Of a DNA stretch of 64,000 nt, positions 58,128 through 64,000 are shown in pieces. The translations under genes were made by a program, and so were the position numbers. The first letter of the stretch is position 1. Each line of letters opens with the position of its first letter. A model generated the notes under the pieces. That model worked only from the letters and a program-made list of their open reading frames with translations. It searched no databases and was not told where the DNA came from. Source of the DNA: an uncultured Burkholderiales bacterium (GTDB taxonomy: Bacteria; Pseudomonadota; Gammaproteobacteria; Burkholderiales; CAZDFJ01); contig CAZDFJ010000011.1 in NCBI GenBank assembly GCA_964504875.1, positions 45 to 64,044 on the forward strand, in the 5' to 3' direction.

Positions 58128-58577
58128 TTATTTATATTTATGACTCATAAGGCGTTGTTTTTCGCGTTGCCATTCACGCTCTTTCACAAGCTCACGTTTA
58201 TCGTGCTCTTTACGTCCTTTTGCTAAACCCACTTCGAGTTTAATCCGGCCGCGCGTGAAATGCAGATCGAGTGGGACCAGGGTATAACCTGCGCGATCCA
58301 CTTTGCCGATCAGTTTATCAATTTCTGCTTTGTGTAATAACAATTCGCGGGTACGGGTTGGATCAGGATGAATATGCGTTGACGCGGTGGCGAGTGGACT
58401 AATATGTGCCCCGATTAATAAAACGCGACCATGTTTGACTACAACATAAGATTCTTTCAGTTGTACGCGTCCCGCACGGATGGATTTGACTTCCCAGCCT
58501 TCTAAAATCAAGCCAGCCTCATAACGATCTTCAATAAAATAATCATGAAAGGCTTTTTTATTGGATGTAATACTCAT
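58128..58577 (-). CDS. smpB: SsrA-binding protein
   Basis: 149 aa with [27 protein letters not shown] and a basic C-terminal tail. Confidence 0.95.
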   Translation of the reverse strand: MSITSNKKAFHDYFIEDRYEAGLILEGWEVKSIRAGRVQLKESYVVVKHGRVLLIGAHISPLATASTHIHPDPTRTRELLLHKAEIDKLIGKVDRAGYTLVPLDLHFTRGRIKLEVGLAKGRKEHDKRELVKEREWQREKQRLMSHKYK

Positions 58578-58838
58578 TATTGTCGATGCCTTTGTTAAGA
58601 TGAAGATATTTTAGCAAATTTATATCCGCATCAAAAAGAGGGATTATGATATAAATGCATGCCATTGTAACAGAATGAAGCAGCCCATGCGACAAAACAC
58701 ACCAACTGCTTTCCTAAATGCTTTTTTATTCAATATAATGCAATGCGGCACTTTTTGTAAGAAATTTATTCACTTACAATTTTTTGTTCAGACATTGCGT
58801 CTCCATTTTTGTATTTTAAAATACATTCGTTGAAAAAT

Positions 58839-61800
58839 ATGAGAAAACTAATGAAAACATCACGACCAGCAATTGCTACGATTTCTTTTGAGGAACACTT
58901 GCCGATTAATCAAAAATATGAAGAAATCACGCAAGCTATATTGAAACATCAAATTATTATTTTATGTGGTGAAACAGGATCGGGAAAAACAACCCAAATT
59001 CCCAAAATGTGTCTGGCCTTAGGGCGTGGGCGAAGTCAACGAATTGGCTGTACGCAACCGCGTCGTATTGCCGCTAGAACGGTCGCAAAACGTATTAATC
59101 AAGAACTGAATCAACCGCATGTGTGTGGCTATAAAGTTCGTTTTAGTGACACGGTTGATAATGAAAAAACGTATATTAAAATTATGACGGATGGGATTTT
59201 GCTTGCAGAAACGCAAACTGATCGTTTTTTAAATCAATATGATACGATTATTATTGACGAGGCGCACGAGCGCAGTCTGAATATTGATTTTCTATTAGGT
59301 TATGTCTATCGCATTTTAAAAAAACGGCCGGATTTAAAATTAATTATTACTTCTGCAACGATTGATGCGGAACGTTTTTCCAAGCATTTTAATCATGCCC
59401 CTGTGATTGAAGTATCCGGACGAACTTATCCTGTTGACGTGCGTTATCGCCCTATTTTACCAACAAAAGAGAGCGAAATCGCCGAAAATTTGAAACGTTT
59501 AAGTGCGCTGACGGATGAAAATGAAGAGGAAAATTTAGAAAAAGCGATTCTCAAAGCGGTGCATGAGGTTTCCATGCTCGGCTCGGGCGATGTTTTAATT
59601 TTTCTACCAGGCGAACGCGAAATTCGTGAAACGACAGAGGCGTTACGAAAAGATCCCTTGACTGCGCCAAATCGCGTTGAAATTTTGCCCCTTTTCGCGC
59701 GTCTTTCTGCCAGTGAACAAGAACGTATTTTTCAACCATCTGGCTTGCGAAAAATTATTTTAGCCACGAATATTGCAGAAACTTCATTGACTGTGCCGGG
59801 CATTCGCTTTGTGATTGATACGGGTTATGCGCGTGTGAGTCGTTATAGCCCGCGCAGTCAAGTCCAGCGTTTACAAATTGAAAAAATTTCACAAGCTTCT
59901 GCTAATCAGCGGGCGGGTCGGTGCGGGCGGGTAATGAGTGGTGTCTGCTTACGGCTTTATTCTGAAGAAGATTTTAACAGTCGGAGTGCTTTTACAGATC
60001 CAGAAATATTACGGACTTCTTTGTCCGCTGTGATTTTACAAATGGCTTTTTTGCGTTTGGGCAAAATCGAAAATTTTCCTTTTTTAGACAGTCCTGCCCT
60101 GCGTTTTATTAAAGACGGCTATAGTTTATTGCAAGAATTGGGGGCGATGACGTCACAGGGACAATTAACAGAATTAGGAAAACAACTTGCCAAGTTTCCC
60201 CTTGATCCAAAATTAGCGCGCATGATTTTAGCCGCTAAACAGTTTCATTGCTTGAAAGAAATTTTAATTATTGCCAGTGCGCTCAGTGTCCAAGATCCAC
60301 GCGAACGGCCAATGCATGCCCAAGAGGCCGCCGATCAAGCCCATCAAAAATTTCTCGATCCAGACTCTGATTTTTTGAGTTATTTAAAATTATGGCATTA
60401 TTTTGATGGATTGTTACAGCATAAAAAATCCAATCGAAAATTAAAAGATCAATTAAAACAAAGCTTTTTATCCCCCCTTCGTTTGCGAGAGTGGCATGAT
60501 GTGCATCAGCAGCTGCATCTTTTAGTCAGTGAAATGGGTTTTCGCGAAAACGAAACATCCGCAAATTATATTGAAATTCATCAAGCATTATTAACAGGGC
60601 TTTTAGGACAAATTGGTTATAAGAGCGAACCAGATAAACCCTACCAGGGCACGCGGGGACAAAAATTTTATATTTTTCCGGGATCTGGCTTACGTAAAGC
60701 GCAACCCCGTTGGGTGATGGCCGCTGAAATTGTCGAAACACAAAAAGTCTATGCCCGCACTGTTGCCAAAATTGAACCAGAATGGGTGGAAAAAATCGCA
60801 GCGCATTTATGCAAAAGTCATTATTTTGATCCGCATTGGGAGAAAAAAACACAACAAGTCAGTGCTTTTGAGCGCTTAACGCTTTATGGGTTGCCCATTA
60901 TTCCAAAACGACGCGTCCATTACGGACCGATTGATCCTGAAATCAGCCGGGAAATTTTAATTCGAGAGGGCCTTGTCGAAGGCGAATTTGAAACAAAAGG
61001 CGCTTTTTATCAGCATAATTTAAACCTTATCGCTGAGTTAGAAAACTTAGAAGATAAAAGTCGACGGCGGGATCTGCTCGTTGATGATTATCAAATTTTT
61101 CAATTTTATGAAGCCCGTATTCCGCAGGGGATTTATAGTGGCTTTTTGTTTGAAAACTGGCGCAAAGTGGAAGAACGGGCCCAGCCCAAATTATTATTGA
61201 TGCAGGAATCAGATTTATTGCGTCAAGAAACAGATGCGATTACACCCAATTTGTTTCCAGATTGGCTTCAAATTGATTTAGATCATGTCTCTGAACCGCT
61301 GGCGCTTGAATTAGAATATCATTTTACGCCCGGCGAAGAAAAGGACGGCGTCAGTGTTTGGATTCCCTTGCGTTGGCTCACCCATTTGGAAAATTTCTAT
61401 TTTGATTTTCTCGTACCTGGTTTAATCAAAGACAAGTTGCTTGCCTTAATGAAATCGCTGCCAACTTCCCTGCGGCGCGAGTTTATGCCGTTAGCACAAA
61501 CGGTCGAAAATATTTATCAAGATTTATGTAAAATGACAACACCCCGACAAGCGATTACGCTTTTTTTAGTTCAATATTTATTCAAAAAAACGGGGATCAA
61601 ATTGCCAGAGGATGCGTGGCGTTTGGAAGCGTTACCGCCTTATTTATCCATGCGTTATATGGTTTATCTAGAAGAAGAAAAAGCCGTTTCTAAGAAAAAA
61701 ACACAAACTGTTCGGAAAATTTTGGCAGAAGGCCGAGATTTAGATCAACTCAAACAGCAATTAATTGAAACAGCGCGGGCTTACTTTACCGAACAAACTG

Positions 61801-62708
61801 AGCAAAGTCAGCCTGAGTTTGTACGCCATGATTTAACAGCTTGGGAGGGTGAAGATTTACCCACTCAATATGAAATTAAACAACAGGGAAAAACAATTAT
61901 TGCCTATCCCGCTTTTTCACATAATACGCAGGATTTAATTAATATCCAACTGTATGATACAGAAGAACAAGCACAACAAGAGCATGAACAAGGTTTGTTA
62001 CAGTTATTTCGTTTAATGTATAAAGAACAAATCAAATATGTGCAAAAATATATTGAGAAGGAATTTAAAACGGTCGCCAATTTATTTATTTTAGATGATT
62101 TTATGAAGTTTTCACACGAAATGGTGACGTTTTTGATTCGTTATTTGTTATTGGGCGAGCCTGTCACGTTAATTTATCAAAAAAGTCTCTTTTTGAAAAA
62201 AGCGGAGTTGACCCGAACAAAATTACAAAGTACCGCTGTCGAAATGGTCGGACTTTTTAATCAAATTGTCAGTGAATGGCGTGAAATTGATAAACAACTG
62301 CGCGTGACTCAAGCGCAATCTGATTATAAAAAAGCGATTTTAGCGGATATTAAGACACAATTAGGTGCGCTTTTTTTCGAGGGGTTTATGACACAAAATC
62401 GTTTGGAAACCCTCAAAAACTATCCCCGCTATCTTAAGGGCATTCGGATTCGTTTAAATAAAGCAGAATCCAGTGCCGCCCGAGATTATGCGTGTTTACA
62501 AGAAGTTCAGCGGGCACAAAATTGGTTGCAACAATTGGATGTGTCGCCTAAGGCGGGGCGTTATCTGAGTCAACGAGAAGCGTTTCGGTGGGCCATTGAA
62601 GAACTACGTTTGTCGCTTTATGCCCAAGAAATTAAAACCCGTTATCCCATTTCGATGAAACGTCTTGAAAAACAATATTTAGAAATTCGCGCGATTTCTC
62701 TTACATAA
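58839..62708 (+). CDS. hrpA: ATP-dependent RNA helicase HrpA (DEAH-box)
   Basis: About 1290 aa with GETGSGKTTQIPK, DEAHERS, TSATID, TNIAETSLT and QRAGRCGR motifs plus a long HrpA-type C-terminal region. The ORF track starts at a TTG at 58809; the first ATG is at 58839. Confidence 0.95.
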   Translation: MRKLMKTSRPAIATISFEEHLPINQKYEEITQAILKHQIIILCGETGSGKTTQIPKMCLALGRGRSQRIGCTQPRRIAARTVAKRINQELNQPHVCGYKVRFSDTVDNEKTYIKIMTDGILLAETQTDRFLNQYDTIIIDEAHERSLNIDFLLGYVYRILKKRPDLKLIITSATIDAERFSKHFNHAPVIEVSGRTYPVDVRYRPILPTKESEIAENLKRLSALTDENEEENLEKAILKAVHEVSMLGSGDVLIFLPGEREIRETTEALRKDPLTAPNRVEILPLFARLSASEQERIFQPSGLRKIILATNIAETSLTVPGIRFVIDTGYARVSRYSPRSQVQRLQIEKISQASANQRAGRCGRVMSGVCLRLYSEEDFNSRSAFTDPEILRTSLSAVILQMAFLRLGKIENFPFLDSPALRFIKDGYSLLQELGAMTSQGQLTELGKQLAKFPLDPKLARMILAAKQFHCLKEILIIASALSVQDPRERPMHAQEAADQAHQKFLDPDSDFLSYLKLWHYFDGLLQHKKSNRKLKDQLKQSFLSPLRLREWHDVHQQLHLLVSEMGFRENETSANYIEIHQALLTGLLGQIGYKSEPDKPYQGTRGQKFYIFPGSGLRKAQPRWVMAAEIVETQKVYARTVAKIEPEWVEKIAAHLCKSHYFDPHWEKKTQQVSAFERLTLYGLPIIPKRRVHYGPIDPEISREILIREGLVEGEFETKGAFYQHNLNLIAELENLEDKSRRRDLLVDDYQIFQFYEARIPQGIYSGFLFENWRKVEERAQPKLLLMQESDLLRQETDAITPNLFPDWLQIDLDHVSEPLALELEYHFTPGEEKDGVSVWIPLRWLTHLENFYFDFLVPGLIKDKLLALMKSLPTSLRREFMPLAQTVENIYQDLCKMTTPRQAITLFLVQYLFKKTGIKLPEDAWRLEALPPYLSMRYMVYLEEEKAVSKKKTQTVRKILAEGRDLDQLKQQLIETARAYFTEQTEQSQPEFVRHDLTAWEGEDLPTQYEIKQQGKTIIAYPAFSHNTQDLINIQLYDTEEQAQQEHEQGLLQLFRLMYKEQIKYVQKYIEKEFKTVANLFILDDFMKFSHEMVTFLIRYLLLGEPVTLIYQKSLFLKKAELTRTKLQSTAVEMVGLFNQIVSEWREIDKQLRVTQAQSDYKKAILADIKTQLGALFFEGFMTQNRLETLKNYPRYLKGIRIRLNKAESSAARDYACLQEVQRAQNWLQQLDVSPKAGRYLSQREAFRWAIEELRLSLYAQEIKTRYPISMKRLEKQYLEIRAISLT

Positions 62709-62728
62709 AAAATAAAGCCCCCGCATTG

Positions 62729-62752
62729 ATTTCCCCCTATTGAGGGGGAAAT
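62729..62752. terminator. Perfect 10-bp hairpin between convergent hrpA and DUF190 genes
   Basis: atttccccct (62729-62738) / agggggaaat (62743-62752) with a 4-nt loop. No clean U-run lies directly after the stem on either strand. Confidence 0.5.
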
Positions 62753-62787
62753 ATTCAAAACGCTATTTTATAAAAAAATTTATAAAA

Positions 62788-63102
62788 TTAAAGTATATCG
62801 AATTGAATTTCTGTTTCAGTATAAAAGATATTTAACTGTGCCGCGCGAATATGCGACAATAATCGTTCTGCTTTTTCTGGCGATGTCAAAATTAAGACTT
62901 CAATAGGCAGATCACCTTGTAATTCAAAAAAATGATCAGCATGCCACTGTCCATCATGTCCAAAACTTTCTATGCCTCGAAAAGCGGTGCCGCCTTCAAT
63001 ACGTAAGGCTTTGGCTGTGCTTAAAATCCATCGATAAACAGGAACATTGGTATGCATTCTTTTTTCTTGGGTATAAAAACGAAGCGCTTTTCCTGATGTC
63101 AT
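62788..63102 (-). CDS. DUF190 (PII-like) protein commonly paired with crcB
   Basis: 104-aa ORF immediately downstream of crcB. The blocks LRIEGGTAFRGIESFGHDG and PIEVLILTSPEKAERLL fit the DUF190 pattern. Confidence 0.7.
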   Translation of the reverse strand: MTSGKALRFYTQEKRMHTNVPVYRWILSTAKALRIEGGTAFRGIESFGHDGQWHADHFFELQGDLPIEVLILTSPEKAERLLSHIRAAQLNIFYTETEIQFDIL

Positions 63103-63114
63103 CTAGATAAACTC

Positions 63115-63498
63115 CTAATGTAAAAATAACTTACAAGTATAAATTCCCAGTGCGACACAAACCAAGGCGCCCAATACATGCGCGCCACACAAAATGAGTG
63201 TCCACAACCATTCATTTTGCGAAATTAATGTCATTACTTCTGCTGAAAATGTCGAAAAAGTGGTCAGCCCGCCTAAAAAACCTGTCACAATAAATAGGCG
63301 CCATTCTGGGGGCAAAGTATAACGTGTAGCAAAATAAGTCATCGCAATGCCAATCAAATATCCCCCTAATAAATTTACACTTAACGTTCCGAGGGGGATG
63401 CGAGGAAAAAGCCCATTCAGCAATATGCCTAGAAACCAGCGGAAAATTGCGCCAAATCCGGCCCCGCAAAAAACTGCGATGAAAGCTGTCATATTCAT
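63115..63498 (-). CDS. crcB: Fluoride channel CrcB/FluC
   Basis: 127 aa with four hydrophobic segments and the blocks GAIFRW, PLGTLSVNLLG and GFLGGLTTFSTF. Confidence 0.9.
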   Translation of the reverse strand: MNMTAFIAVFCGAGFGAIFRWFLGILLNGLFPRIPLGTLSVNLLGGYLIGIAMTYFATRYTLPPEWRLFIVTGFLGGLTTFSTFSAEVMTLISQNEWLWTLILCGAHVLGALVCVALGIYTCKLFLH

Positions 63499-63581
63499 GG
63501 TATTTGATCATAAAAAAATAAAAAGCCCCCTTGTTGGAAGCAAGAGAGCTTTGAGAAAAAATCAAAAAGAGAAAATTTATA

Positions 63582-64000
<419 letters not shown>

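Noticed and set aside
58578-58838. Search for tmRNA (ssrA) next to smpB, and a ttgtaag-N11-cttacaa-T6 hairpin at about 58757-58787
   Set aside because: I saw no tRNA-like acceptor/T-arm or tag-reading-frame features of ssrA on either side of smpB. The hairpin is AT-rich with a weak stem and sits in the hrpA leader. There is not enough evidence to call an sRNA or attenuator.

Overview
The window is AT-rich and densely packed. It looks like chromosomal DNA of a Gram-negative proteobacterium (Beta or Gamma class). The evidence is a complete tolQRAB-pal-cpoB operon, lolC/lolD, lptM, dolP/diaA, hprK-rapZ and rnfCDGE. About 50 of roughly 55 genes are recognisable housekeeping genes: cysH-sat, mnmA, ftsEX, trxB, mtgA, aroE, ppsA, lysA, lnt, tkt, ftsY, folK, smpB, hrpA, crcB and a partial thiC. 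There is one tRNA-Thr(CGU). I saw no rRNA, CRISPR array, transposase or integrase.

The parts that are not ordinary are:
1. A tandem triplet of orphan 7TMR-DISM-type sensor histidine kinases (8977-15008). The third copy has lost the phospho-acceptor histidine. It is also split by a frameshift that maps exactly to a G11 tract followed by an A9 tract. This may be a switchable pseudokinase, or it may be an assembly error.
2. A translationally coupled pair of small paralogous T5orf172/GIY-YIG-like proteins, each with a C-terminal membrane tail anchor, lying between ftsY and tkt (55228-56132).
3. A divergent gene pair at the left edge: a 1503-aa multi-module glycosyltransferase and a DUF5672-methyltransferase fusion.
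4. An rnfCDGE cluster with no rnfA/rnfB and a 717-bp leader carrying an orphan terminator.
5. A solitary monoheme soxA between 691 bp of non-coding DNA and the tRNA.
6. A short HprK that consists of the catalytic domain only.
7. A chemoreceptor with a roughly 180-aa cytoplasmic module placed after the signalling domain.

My best guesses for an undescribed system are items 1 and 2. All calls come from reading the translations and hand-indexing coordinates. No database search, HMM or folding program was run. Family names rest on remembered motif patterns.
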